DNA of 64,000 bases from Octopus vulgaris. Its lineage: Eukaryota. The position numbers were made by a program, and so were the translations under genes. Positions 50,124 to 62,952 of the stretch are shown one piece after another. The notes below the pieces were generated by a model. The model was not told where the DNA came from, searched no databases, and worked only from the letters and a program-made list of their open reading frames with translations. Location of the stretch: NCBI GenBank assembly GCA_951406725.2, contig OX597821.1, forward strand, positions 65,844,001 to 65,908,000. The letters run 5' to 3'. Positions within the stretch are counted from its first letter, which is position 1. Each line of letters begins with the position of its first letter.

Positions 50124-51053
50124 ACATACATATATATGACAAGCTTCATTCAGTTTTCATCTACCAAATCCACTCACAAGGCTTTGGTCAGCCTGAGGCT
50201 ATAGTAGAAGACACTTGCCCAAGGTGCCATGCAGTGGGATTGAACCCGGAACCATGTGGTTGGTAAGCAAGCTACTTACCACACAGCCACTCCTATCATT
50301 ATTAACGCTCACAAAAAAGCAGCAAGCTGGCAGAAACTGCTTACATGTTGGACGAAAAACTTAGAGGCATTTCATCAGTAGGAGTTTAAATCCTGCCAAG
50401 GCTGGTTTTGCCTTTCGTTTTTTTTGGAGTCGATAAAATAAGTACCGGTTAAATACTGGGACTGCTGTAATTGACTTTGTTCTCATGTCAAAAACTACTG
50501 ATCCTGTACAAAAATATTTTGAAATCATTATTATCACTCACAAAAATAGTTGACAAATCATTCATTAACCAACACTAGAGCTTTCTCTTCTCCATCATCA
50601 CTTAATGTCCAGTTTTCCATGCTTGCTTGGGTCCGATGGAATTTGTTGAGGCAGAGTTTTTATGGGTGGGTGGATGCCCTTCCCGTCACCAACTCTCAAC
50701 AGTTTCCAAGCAAGCTAATAGTTCTCCATGACCAGACATTTTTGCCTCATGAAAGACCGGAAGCCAATATCACTTGCATTATGGTAAGGCTTATTTATAA
50801 CCATGGTCTAATGTCAGGACAACAACAACCACATGCGTGTGCGCACACACATACCCACATACACACACAGACACACACACACTCACATACACACACACAC
50901 CTTTACAAACATTTTGTTACGATATCAATTTTCATACTTCTTTGTGCATTTTGCAAATATTGCTTTGCATGTATGTCAGATTAGATTATTTTAGATTCCT
51001 TTTCAAGTATTGAGCACTCTGCAACAGTTACAGAAAAATGTGTGTGTCAGCAA

Positions 51054-51099
<46 letters not shown>

Positions 51100-51166
51100 A
51101 CATACACATACACACATGAATATATGTGTATATACACAAACACACACATATATAAACACATACATA

Positions 51167-51206
<40 letters not shown>

Positions 51207-51982
51207 CTACCTTTTATGAATATATGTATTTATGTATATATATATATGCACACACATGCATATAGGTGTATGTATACATAAGTACATACATACATATGTA
51301 CATACATACAAACAGACAAAGAGATAGATAGACAGACAGACATATAGATAAATAGATAGATATGTATGTATATCTATGTATATATATATCTATGTATATA
51401 TATATATATATCTATGTATATATATATATATATAGCTATAATATCTCGAACTATAGGTAGTATAATTGCAACGAAATAGAACTTTAGATCAAAATCAAAA
51501 TGCGTCACGCACAGAGCCAATTCACTAAAAGCCTCACAGTTTTCTCTGCAGTGTCAACCCCGCCTCCCCCCTCTCTGAATAGATGTGGATATAATTAAAG
51601 ATTCATGAGACAGAAAGCCCATTATAGTAAACATAGGCAATTTTGCAGACAAAGGCCATGATTAAATGAATATTATAACCTTCTTCATAGTTGTAATCGG
51701 TTTTGTAGGATTTCTGAGCTATAGGGAGGAGTGTATTTCGGTACAGATCATGATTTCTCAGTTGAAATATGTTCTGGAAAAATGTGGCTTATGTGTACAC
51801 CTACACACATGTGAGCATGTGTTTGTGTGTGTGTGTGTGTGCACGTATCTGTGTCTGTGTGGCTAATACATTCGTGTATATATATATATGTTTATTATAC
51901 ATAAGCTACACACATGCACATACACACATGTGCATGCAAGCACACATACACACTTGCATACATTTATAAACATGTTAAAGTA

Positions 51983-52032
<50 letters not shown>

Positions 52033-52120
52033 CGAGTGTATATATATATCGTTATATATATATATATCGTTATATATATATATATCTACATATATATATA
52101 CATGTGCGAGGGTATATATC

Positions 52121-52160
<40 letters not shown>

Positions 52161-52161
<1 letters not shown>

Positions 52162-52355
52162 CTATCAGTCGCCATGATAGATTGGTAGCCACCACACACA
52201 TTTTTTTCTCTCCTTGTTTTTTTTCTGTGTCCCTTTCTGTAGAAGAGGGTAGGCTCGAAACGTAAAAGACTTTTTCTATTCCTGAGCATTATACTAATAC
52301 ATCTGTTTGTTTTGTACACCACCTGTCTTCATCTTTCGTTTTTTTGTGAACTCTC

Positions 52356-52360
<5 letters not shown>
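52161..52360 (+). mobile_element. short Penelope-pLTR-like element in (TA)n with hammerhead-like core at 52233-52268
   Basis: cttt CTGTAGA a gag ggtagg ctc GAAAC GTA aaag; stems I and II pair but the core has U at A6. Confidence 0.55.
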
Positions 52361-52388
<28 letters not shown>

Positions 52389-52391
<3 letters not shown>

Positions 52392-52570
52392 TCCCGGGTT
52401 GATTCGGGGTTAACCACAGTAAGTAAGGTACTCAATACATAGCAGAGTAAAATTAATTTATTATATAGAAGGAGCTTCTACAGGACTAGTACTGTTTCAT
52501 TCAAGAGAAATCTTCCTGAAGATTTCTCTTGAATGAAACAGTACTGTCCTGTAGAAGCTCCTTCTATATA

Positions 52571-52576
<6 letters not shown>
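52389..52576. mobile_element. fold-back element in (TA)n: 60-bp palindrome centred on a hammerhead core
   Basis: Arms 52456-52515 and 52518-52576; plus strand 52516-52548 reads CTGAAGA tttc tctt gaat GAAA cag ta ctg TC. Confidence 0.7.
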
Positions 52577-52615
<39 letters not shown>

Positions 52616-52863
52616 TATATATTTCTTAGTGTGTAATATATGCATACACAAATACATATATACGCATTAAACATACATATATTAACATATACCTAAATAT
52701 CATCGTCATCACCTGTCTGGTGTTCATATTGACATGGGTTGGATGGTTTGCCCAGTGCTGGTAAGCTGAGAGGCTGCATCATACTCCAGTCTTATTTAGC
52801 ATGGTTTCTAAGACTGGATGCCATTCCTAACGCCAACCACTCTAAGAGTGTAATGGGTGCTTT

Positions 52864-52907
<44 letters not shown>

Positions 52908-53048
52908 CTTGACTGATCAGTCCATTTGACACTGCTCGTCACAGGACGCTGTCCACTCCTCTCAGGATTGTGCCTTCCTCCTCTACGTGGTCCCAATCGC
53001 CCTCCTAAAATTGTAACTCCACCATCGTGGAGGCCTTCAGAGAGGTCG

Positions 53049-53084
<36 letters not shown>

Positions 53085-53087
<3 letters not shown>

Positions 53088-53391
53088 TTTAATTCTTTTA
53101 TTTGTTTCAGTCATGTGACAGCAGCCATGCTGCAGCGCTGCCTTTAGTCAAATAAATCAATCCCAGGACTTATCCTTTGTAAGCCAAGTACTTATTCCAT
53201 CGTACTTATTGCCAAACGACTAAGTTACAGGAACTTAAACCCACCAACATCGGTTGTGAAGCAAAGATGCAGTGACAAATACAGACACACACACACACAC
53301 CTATATATAAATATACAACGGGCTTCTTTCAGTTCCCATCTACCAAATCCACTCACAAGGCTTTAATTGACCTATAACCATCGTATATATG

Positions 53392-53443
<52 letters not shown>

Positions 53444-53650
53444 TGTGTCTGTGTTTGTCTCCCTCAACATCGCTTGACAACCGATGCTGGTGCTTTTACA
53501 TCCTCATGACTTAGCAGTTCAGCAAAAGAGACTGATAGAATAAGTACTAGGCTTTCAAAGAATAAGTCCTTGGGTCAATTTCCTCGACAAAGGGCGGTGC
53601 TCCAGCATGGCCACAGTCAAATGACTGAAACAAGTAAAAGAGTAAAAGAG
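53085..53650. mobile_element. two SINE family A pieces in divergent orientation (53085-53375 minus, 53440-53650 plus)
   Basis: Similarity to family A. Confidence 0.75.
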
Positions 53651-53709
53651 TACATGCATATACATATACAGATACATGCATATATATATATATATATTAG
53701 ATAGATATG

Positions 53710-53757
<48 letters not shown>

Positions 53758-53830
53758 CACACACATGCAGACATGCATGCTGTATATACACATATATACA
53801 AACATGATACAGACATTTATACATGCGTAA

Positions 53831-53861
<31 letters not shown>

Positions 53862-54074
53862 TACACATGCAAACAAACACATCTTTTATTTCTCACTTGA
53901 TCATATCCTGATTCTCTAACTAACTTTCTCATGTGAAAATGCACCCCCAGGATACTGTCCAACTTGTTGGGTTTTAAAAACATTTATTTGTCTATTTCTA
54001 ATCTACTTTTATTACCCTCTTTTGTTAACTAGCTTATAACACTTTTTAATACCTACAAATCCAACACACAAACA

Positions 54075-54085
54075 CATATATATGC

Positions 54086-54154
<69 letters not shown>

Positions 54155-54250
54155 TTATATCAAATAAGAGATAAAACCACTATTAGGCAAATCAAACAGT
54201 GAAAAACATAAGCCAATACATAAAATTAATTAAAAAATATAAAAGTTAAA

Positions 54251-54290
<40 letters not shown>

Positions 54291-54360
54291 ATATACATAT
54301 ACATATATACATATATATATATACACACACATATATATATATACATATATATACACACAC

Positions 54361-54409
<49 letters not shown>

Positions 54410-54436
54410 CATATATACATACATATATATATATAC

Positions 54437-54505
<69 letters not shown>

Positions 54506-54560
54506 CATATATATACATACATACATATATACATGTATATATACATACATATATATATAC

Positions 54561-54597
<37 letters not shown>

Positions 54598-54617
54598 CAT
54601 ACACATATATACATATA

Positions 54618-54655
<38 letters not shown>

Positions 54656-54781
54656 CATATATATATATATACATACATATATATACCTACATATATAAAT
54701 ATACACATATATATACATATATATACCTACATATATATACATACATATATATATATATACATATATATACATACACACACA

Positions 54782-54821
<40 letters not shown>

Positions 54822-54890
54822 CATACACACATATATATATGTACATATATATATATATACATACATATATATACATATATATATATATAT
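54075..54890. repeat. (TA)n/(TACA)n array with an about 100-bp AT-rich insert at 54153-54250
   Basis: Direct reading. Confidence 0.95.
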
Positions 54891-55159
54891 TTATAACTAA
54901 CATATCTTTCACTTACTAAAACACTACCTAAAATGTAAATGTTTATTGTGTAGTTTGTATTAAACGAATCCTCAGCTCCAGGCGAAGAATATTCTGGTCT
55001 ATCTCTTGACGTGATGATTGTCGTAATGGTTGTTGCTTGTTGTTCAAGCCCGTATTGACCTATAACTGAAAGCGTTTTCATCATTTCGATCTAGTCTTGC
55101 TCTCGTGTGCTGTATATTTATGGCTTCAATGTCCAATATGTCACACATCTGTGTTTTCC

Positions 55160-55390
55160 TAACCCTTTGTTGCTGTATTTCTATTGAAATACGCTGCTTT
55201 TATTCATTTCAATTGAATATTGAAAAAATCATGAAGACTTCGGTAAAATAACTTTGACATTAATAAGCTGGTACTTGGAACATAATGTGAATTTTCATGA
55301 AAGATTTTTAATTTAGATGAATTTAAAACATGAACTTTATGCTGCAGAACTAGTGGCAGTCTCAAATGGTTTGGTAACAAAAGGTTTAAG
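55160..55390. mobile_element. MITE with taaccctttgtt / aacaaaaggttta ends
   Basis: Imperfect TIRs; interior resembles about 1550-1635. Confidence 0.5.
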
Positions 55391-55416
55391 GTGGCAGAAT
55401 ATATATACTATGTATG

Positions 55417-55627
55417 TACAGAATCTGCCAAAAAAAAAAAAAAAAATGTAAACACACTTCAGGAAAGAAAAAAATCTGTATAAATATTTAAATTCAGTAT
55501 TATTGCAATTTATTCAGTGTTATTCCAATTTGATGAAACACTGAAAGAGGTATTTATATTTATGGAGATACTCTTAAAAATTTTTCATTTCCTGAAGTAT
55601 GTATATAATTTTTGGGCAGACTCTGTG
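55417..55627. mobile_element. Tc1/mariner-type MITE
   Basis: ta-cagaatctgccaaaa...acacacttcaggaaa / tttcctgaagtatgta...ttttgggcagactctg. Confidence 0.6.
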
Positions 55628-55723
55628 TGTGTTTGAGTATATATATATACATACTCACACATATATAATAGAAATATGCTACAAAAAGAAAATAGAGACT
55701 ACACATGGAAATGTAAGAGGAAA

Positions 55724-55793
<70 letters not shown>

Positions 55794-55796
<3 letters not shown>

Positions 55797-56207
55797 CGCA
55801 GGAGTGGCTGTGTGGTAAGTAGCTTGCTAACCAACCACATGGTTCCGGGTTCAGTCCCACTGCGTGGCATCTTGGGCAAGTGTCTTCTGCTATAGCCCCG
55901 GGCCGACCAATGCCTTGTGAGTGGATTTGGTAGACGGAAACTGAAAGAAGCCTGTCGTATATATGTATATATATATATATATGTGTGTTTGTGTGTCTGT
56001 GTTTGTCCCCCTAGTATTGCTTGACAACCGATGCTGGTGTGTTTATGTCCCCGTCACTTAGCCGTTCGGCAAAAAGAGACCGATAGAATAAGTACTGGGC
56101 TTACAAAGAATAAGTCCCGGGGTCGATTGCTCGACTAAAGGCGGTGCTCCAGCATGGCCGCAGTCAAATGACTGAAACAAGTAAAAGAGTAAAAGAGAGA
56201 AAAGAGT
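55794..56207 (+). mobile_element. SINE family A, most intact-looking copy
   Basis: ggcgcaggagtggctgtgtggtaag...ccgggttcagtccc (A/B boxes), central (TA)/(TG), tail ggcggtgctccagcatggccgcagtcaaatgactgaaacaagtaaaagagtaaaagag; CpGs retained. Confidence 0.92.
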
Positions 56208-56318
56208 ATATATATATATATATATGTAAAAAAATCTGATGGTAGGCCACTGGTTTTAATTGATTAATATTAATTTCTACCCTTATTCAATTTTATATAT
56301 ATATGTATGTATATATAT

Positions 56319-56655
56319 ACTCTTTTACTGGTTTCAGTCATTTGACTGCGACCATGCTGGAGCACTGCCTTTAGTTGAGCAAATCAGCCCTGGGACTTAT
56401 TCTTTGTAAGTCTAGTACTTGTTCTATTGGTCTCTTTTGCCGAACTGCTAAATTACAGGTACATAAACACACCAGCATCGGTTGTCAAGCAAAGTTGGGG
56501 GAGTGGGGGGGAACACAAACACACAAACATATACACACGCACACATATAATACTCATGTATATGATGGGCTTCTTTCAGTTTCCGTCCACCAAATCCATT
56601 CACAAGGCTTTTGCTCGGCCCAGGGCTATAGTAGAAGACACTTACCCAAGGTGTC
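56319..56655 (-). mobile_element. SINE family A, 5'-truncated
   Basis: Tail-to-tail with 55794-56207. Confidence 0.8.
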
Positions 56656-56968
56656 TATGATATGTATCGAACATGAACTCAGCTCTCAGCTTGATTATAC
56701 TAACTAAATAATGATATTGCAAAGCGAAGAGTGCACCATGTTCGTCTTTGAAAGTTGCTTGGATTTTAAAAGTGTTATGTATTCATGTCTGGAAGTTTTA
56801 CTTACTGAAATTTGTAATAGACCTAAATAAATTGAACTTGTACTTTTGAAGATGTTCTTTGGGATAATGTGAAATATCGAACTTCATTCATATAGAAGAA
56901 ATTAAAATATATAGAAATATTAATATTTCTAAGTCTCTCTAAAGGAGACTACGGCAGCGGTACTGGAA

Positions 56969-57193
56969 ATTAATAGTTATCACCAAGCTAACATGACAAA
57001 TACCCTGAAACTAGTCTGCAGATGCCTGACCAGCAAGGGGAAGCGGCTGACCTCCCCAGTTCGAAGGTTATAATGGACACAGGTTCGTGTGTCACATAAG
57101 CTAGCTAGAGGCGATGGCCTCTTGGAGCTAATCAATGGCAGCATTCGTACTATTTTTCTGGACTGCCATGTTAGCTTGGCGATAACTATTAAT
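56969..57193. mobile_element. MITE with 30-bp TIRs and a structured GC-richer interior
   Basis: attaatagttatcaccaagctaacatgaca / tgccatgttagcttggcgataactattaat (2 mismatches). Confidence 0.75.
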
Positions 57194-57722
57194 AAATTAA
57201 AATATAGCTATGAATAAAAAGGTGTGTAGATTATGAATTTTGAATGAAGGGATGGGGCCTTGAAACAAAATGTTGCAAGGGGCCTCTAAAAGTCATGTGG
57301 CAGAGCTGTATATTCAACATATCAGTATCATTATTGTCATCCATGTCTTCCTGTAAGTTACTGGATTTGTCATCCACGTATTACTGAAATGATTGTAAAC
57401 TGTAGAATAAATGTAATGCCAGCAACTCCATTCTTCACTCGTTATAATACATATGTGCTATACTTACTGTGGTCTTTCCTGAGAATTTGAAGTAGATTAG
57501 TGATAAAGGATTTTGTATCTTGTTAAACTGACACAAATCACCATGGAAACTTTTTTTTTAACTTCCCTTTGAAAGAAATCAGGAATGGTGCAACTTACCT
57601 GAAAGAAAAGAAAAGGAAAATATTAATATTAATATTAATTAGTTTTTAAGAAAAGTAATTAGTTTGCTAAAACAAAAACAACAATAGCAGCAGAAGAAAC
57701 AAACAAATGCTACTGAAAACAA

Positions 57723-57750
57723 TACCTCCGCCTTAGCAAGGGCGGAGGTA
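57723..57750. other. GC-rich hairpin of the type found at Helentron/DINE-like element ends
   Basis: tacctccgcc ttagcaag ggcggaggta, a perfect 10-bp stem. Confidence 0.45.
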
Positions 57751-57778
57751 ATGATACTACTACTACTAATGATAATAA

Positions 57779-58020
57779 GTGCCAATTACTGTTGTGTCCT
57801 TGGGGACAGTATCAGAAGGCATCAAGAGGAATATAATGGAAATCAGAATAGAGTGCCCAGTAGAACTGTTACAAAAGGTTTGCATCTTTGGCATGGCCAG
57901 AATAATCAGGAAAGTATAAGATAGTTGAAAAGAACGGATAGCATGGTACCATAGGCTGCAGGCAGCAAGCCCACTATGCATGCAAGACTCCAAGAGTTAC
58001 AACAACATCTGAGATAAAAA
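57779..58020 (+). pseudogene. second R4/Dong-clade LINE 3' fragment
   Basis: 57779-57919 translates VPITVVSLGTVSEGIKRNIMEIRIECPVELLQKVCIFGMARIIRKV*. Confidence 0.75.
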
Positions 58021-58037
58021 GAAAAATTATAAGAAAA

Positions 58038-58430
58038 ATCCTTTCTATTATAGGCACAGGGCCTGAAATTTTGAGGGAAGGAGCTAGTATAATAGATTAT
58101 ATCAACCCTAGTGCTCAACTGGTAACTTAGTTTTTGAAAGGATGAAAGGCAAAGCTGACCTCTGTGAGATTTGAACTCAGAATGTAAAATTCCAGAAGAA
58201 ATATCATTAAACATTTTGTTAGATGCGTTAATGATTTTACTAGCTCACCACCTTGATATTGATAATGACTTCAAATTTTGACACAAGGCCAGCAATTTTG
58301 GGGCAAGAGTAAGTCTATTACATTCACCCCAGTGTGCAACTGGTACTTATTTCATCAACCCCAAAAGAATGAAAAGCAAAGTCGACCTTGGCAGCATTTG
58401 AACTCAGAACATAAAGGCAGACAGAAACCT
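58038..58430 (-). mobile_element. SINE family C, two tandem degenerate copies
   Basis: gatgaaaggcaaag..tttgaactcagaa occurs twice. Confidence 0.7.
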
Positions 58431-58474
58431 TAAAGTTGATAATGATGACAATAAGGTGGACGGTGATGAAGGGT

Positions 58475-58752
58475 ATTTAGCTCACAATCGTAAAGTCGTG
58501 AGTTCAATTCCTGGCAACATGTTGTGTCATTAAGCAAGACACTCTATTTCACATTCCTCCAGTTTATTCAGATACTAAAAGACGAGTAGTACTTGTAATT
58601 CAAAGGGCCAGTGCTGTTATATTCTGTGTTACGCTCAATCTCCCTGAGAACTATGTTAAGGGCACATGTGGTCTGTTGACTGCTCAGCCTCTTACACATG
58701 AATTTCATGAGCAGGTTGTTCTGTTGATCGAATCCACAAGAACCCACATCAT
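58475..58752 (+). mobile_element. hybrid SINE: family D head plus B1 tail
   Basis: gtgagttcaattcc..tgtgtcattaagcaagacactctatttcac then ccctgagaactatgttaaggg..aatttcatgagcaggttgttctgttgatc. Confidence 0.65.
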
Positions 58753-59419
58753 CCAGTAAAATGCCTACCATATTTCCTGGCATACAAGCTGAATTTTTGC
58801 AGACCAAAATTTACTGCTAAAAAAAGGTAGGTAGACTCACACACCATGAAGACTTTGGGGGACCAAAAAGTTCCCCATGAAATGCAACAGGATCTGGAAA
58901 TATATCAACGGTGTTTGAATGGTTACACTACATGTTCACACATTATACTACATGGACTCGTATGCTGGAAAATAGGGTATTTTTCCTTTAATCATTTCAA
59001 ACTAAAATTTTGTAGTAGTCATTGATTAGTTAACTAATTGTTTCTTTAGAATTCTCACAATCTTTATCTGGAAACATGGTTGTGGTAGTGGCAGTGGTAG
59101 TGGTGTTGAGGTTATCAAGTGAAACTTTACTAACTTAGTATAATCTTATCAACTGAATTGGATGCTAGTGTTTGTTTAAGCTTTTGACTTAACTATTTTC
59201 TTTGTTAGATTGGTAGACTCATTAAAAAGAGCAATTAGTATTTTTAACATAGTAATTCAACTTGGAGAGTTTTTTTTTTCTGTTATTGTGAAAGTGTCAA
59301 GATGACCTTTTTGCCTTTCCTCTAGAAACAATGAAATGAAATGGATGGTATCTAACAAAAATGAAAATTAGGATTGTAGTTTGATGTTGATGGCATTGAC
59401 AATAAACAACAACAATAAC

Positions 59420-59830
59420 AATGGTTTCAAATTTTGGCACAATGCCAGCAATTTCAGGGAAGGTGGAGGCAGTTGAATAGATTGACCCCAGTCCTCAACT
59501 GGTACTTATTCTGCTAACCCTGAAAGGATGAAAGGCAAAGTTGAGCTCGGTGGAATTTGAACTCAGAACATGCAGATCGCTAAGCATTTTGCCCTGCATG
59601 CTAACGATTCATATTTCTTTATTGCCCACAAGGGGCTAAACATAGAGGGGACAAACAAGGACAGGCAATGGGATTAAGTCGATTACATAAACTCCAGTGC
59701 ATAACTGGCAGTTGAAAGAATGAAAGGCAAAGTTGACCTCAGCAGAATTTGAACTCAGAACATAATGGCAGATAAAATACTGCTATGCATTTCACTTGGC
59801 GTGCCAATGATTCAGCCAGCTCACTGCCTT
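59420..59830 (-). mobile_element. SINE family C, two tandem copies with different tails
   Basis: Core occurs twice; tails match the 58038-type and 4993-type copies. Confidence 0.7.
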
Positions 59831-61162
59831 AACAACAACAACAATAATAAAAACAAAAAGAAATGGTAATTCTTTCAAATTTTTAGCAGAGCACCAGCAA
59901 TTTTGAGTGGGTGGGGTAGGGGTAGGTGGATACCATCAACCCAACTACCCGGGCAGTATTTTATCAAGCCCAGGGAGAGGAGATGCAAAAATGACTTTGA
60001 GAGGATTTGAAATCAGAACATAAAGATGAAAGAGGTGCTTCTAATATAGGTAGAACACCTGTAATTGATGAGAAGTGGCTGAGTACTCCACAGATATATA
60101 TATATATATATATGTACCTTTTAACGCACCGTGTCGTTCACAAGAAGATAAGAGATTACAGCATGGTGGCTGCTCTGCTAACCATGTTACTCCAAACAGC
60201 AAGTGGAGTCATATGCAAGTGATCCTTTTTACCTCAATCCCATCGAAAAAGCAAAACGAGATGATACTGAGGTGACACCCCAGATCAAAGACATTCTGGT
60301 AAGGAGCATTCTCTCACACTACATTACCCAATGCTGTATTCTTGTTACTAATTTGGACAGGTAGAATGATCTGAGTGAGATTTGACTGCTACTTTTAGCA
60401 GGTTGAGTAATCAGATAAAAATCCATTGTCCATCTGTTAAGACAAATGAACAAGGGACAAGAAAATGGAAGATGATGGAGAAATGAAAATCCCACCCCAA
60501 ACTAAGAAAAAAAAACAAAAACAAAACTGAAGTAAAAAAAAATGCAAAATAATAATACAAAACCTCAACAGAAAAGTTTTTGTTCTGATAAGAAATAAAT
60601 GTGGAGAGGATGTAGAATGTTTAAATTCCAGTGTTCCAAAGAAGGAAGACCAATGAGAAGACTATGGCGCTACTATTAACGGCGTGTTTATCAGTTTGGT
60701 TTGTATCATGTAAAAAGAACATTGTAATGAACATAAAAAGCCCAAAGGCCGCAGGGAATTTCGTTATCAATAAACAATAATATTACATCTACAATTCATA
60801 TCATAATATATAAATTGTCGGAAAATTATGCTGTAATATTTACTTAGCTGTTTATAAACAGAATATCTGTGTGATAAGTGAAACCAATGCAAACAATTTT
60901 GTTCTTCATAGTTTCACGAATGAGCACAACTGTTAATGAATTCCTGCAGCCAATGAGGAGTTGTTTGTATGATCACATGTTGTGTTAGGGATTGTCGCCA
61001 AAGGACATATTAGATAATACAGATCTGCTCGCCCCGAAACAGATGCAACGGTCAGAGCTGCTGTTCGTAAGTCATCTGTATGAGGTTTTCTGAGACTAAA
61101 CAATAAAGACAACTTCCAACCATGCCCTACTAGCTAGAAAAAAAAAAAAGTGAAAAAAGAAA

Positions 61163-61510
61163 CAGGTATGGTTTGTGTGGTAAGAAACTTGCTTCCAAAC
61201 CACATGGCTCTGGGTTCAGTCCCACTGTGTGGAACCTTGGGCAAGTGTATTCTACTATTGCAGTAGGCTGACCAAAGCCTTGTGAGTGGATTTGGTAGAC
61301 AGAAACTGAAAGAAGCCCATTGTATATGTATGTGTGTGTGTGTGTATCCACCACTCACCACTTGACAACTGGTGTTGGTGCGTTTACATCCCCGTTAATT
61401 AGCAGTTCAGCAACAAAGGCTAATGGAATAAGTACCAGGCCAAAAATTCTTCTAGGCAGTGCCCCAGCATGGCCACAGTCGAATGACTGAAACAAGTAAA
61501 AAGTAGAAGA
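61163..61510 (+). mobile_element. SINE family A
   Basis: Head and tail present. Confidence 0.85.
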
Positions 61511-61789
61511 TAAAGGATATTTTGGGTAATTAAATACTCCTGCATATAGTACATCTGAAAAACAGATGAGACTGTCACATCTGGAAAGCCATTGAACAAA
61601 AATCTTGTGGATGAGAGCAGACATTTTAGATCAGAGCTAAACAGCAAGTATTAAAGAATTATAACTAACAAATAAGCCTCTATATGTTCACTTGGATTGC
61701 TAGTAATAGCAGTGAAATCAGCCTTGAATCCCACTGTATGCTTTGATAAAACAATGGACATATTGGTTAATGTATTCAAAGACAATACT

Positions 61790-62550
61790 TACTCTTTTAC
61801 TTGTTTCAGTCGTTTGACTGTGGCCATGCTGGGGCACCGCCTTTTAGTCGAGGAAATTGACCCCAGGACTTATTCTTTGTAAGCCTAGTACTTATTCTAT
61901 CGGTTCTCTTTTGCCGAACTGCTAAGTTACGGGGATGTAAACACACCAGCATCAGTTGTCAAGCGATGTTGGGCGGGACAAACACAGACACACAAACATA
62001 TACACACACACATATGTGTATATATATATATATTAAATTGAATAAGGGTAGAAATTGATATTAATCAATTAAAACCAGTGGCCTAGCATATAAAAAAAAA
62101 TCTGAAGATTAAAATATGTAAAAGTATGTAAAAAAAAAAATATATATATATATATATATATGCATATACAGTTAATCCACATATGAACAAAGAGAAAAAA
62201 CAACAATGCGAGGACGTGGGATAAGTACAGTGTTATTGGATGCTCAGGAAAGGAAAGAAAGAAGGAGGATTTCACGTTTCAAACAGAGCACTTTGTCAGA
62301 AATATAGAAAAAGTCCAAAGAAGGGAAGACAGAGAAAGAAAATTGCCAACGACACACGTGCAGTCACATATTAAAATATATATACATAAATACAACGGGC
62401 TTCTTTCAGTTTCCGTCTACCAAATCCACTCACAAGGCTTTGGTTGGCCCGAGGCTATAGTAGAAGACATTTGCGCAAGGTGCCACGCAGTGGGACTGAA
62501 CCCAGAACCATGTGGTTCATAAGCAAGCTACTTACCACGCAGCTACTCCT
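61790..62550 (-). mobile_element. SINE family A with two PLE-like fragments (62033-62140, 62168-62372) inside its central (TA)n
   Basis: Tail at 61790-62030 and head at 62390-62550; inserts match 56228-56295 and 29330-29550. Confidence 0.8.
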
Positions 62551-62855
62551 ATGACTATGAAAAACAATAATGAACAACAAAACATTGGAGATGTTTACAG
62601 CTAAGAACACCCACTCAATCAACACAGAGGTTTGAGGCTAAGTAGCAACATCAAAAACACCATATTAATGAATTTGTTTGTGCAGTTTATGCTGTCTGTT
62701 TTAAAATTTGCAATTAGAAATGGCTCGTTAACTAATTATATTTCAATAAACTTTGACCAGAGAACTTAAAAGACACAGTAACACGTCCACTGTATACCTC
62801 CATATCTGTCGCAATAATTTTCTTTTTCGCATGCATCTTTATATATACAAATAGT

Positions 62856-62892
62856 ATAGATAGGTAGGTAGGTAGGTATGTAGGTAGGTAGG

Positions 62893-62952
<60 letters not shown>

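Noticed and set aside
54890-55084. Non-repetitive N-terminal part of the 284-aa minus ORF
   Set aside because: No recognisable domain; the frame runs straight into microsatellite
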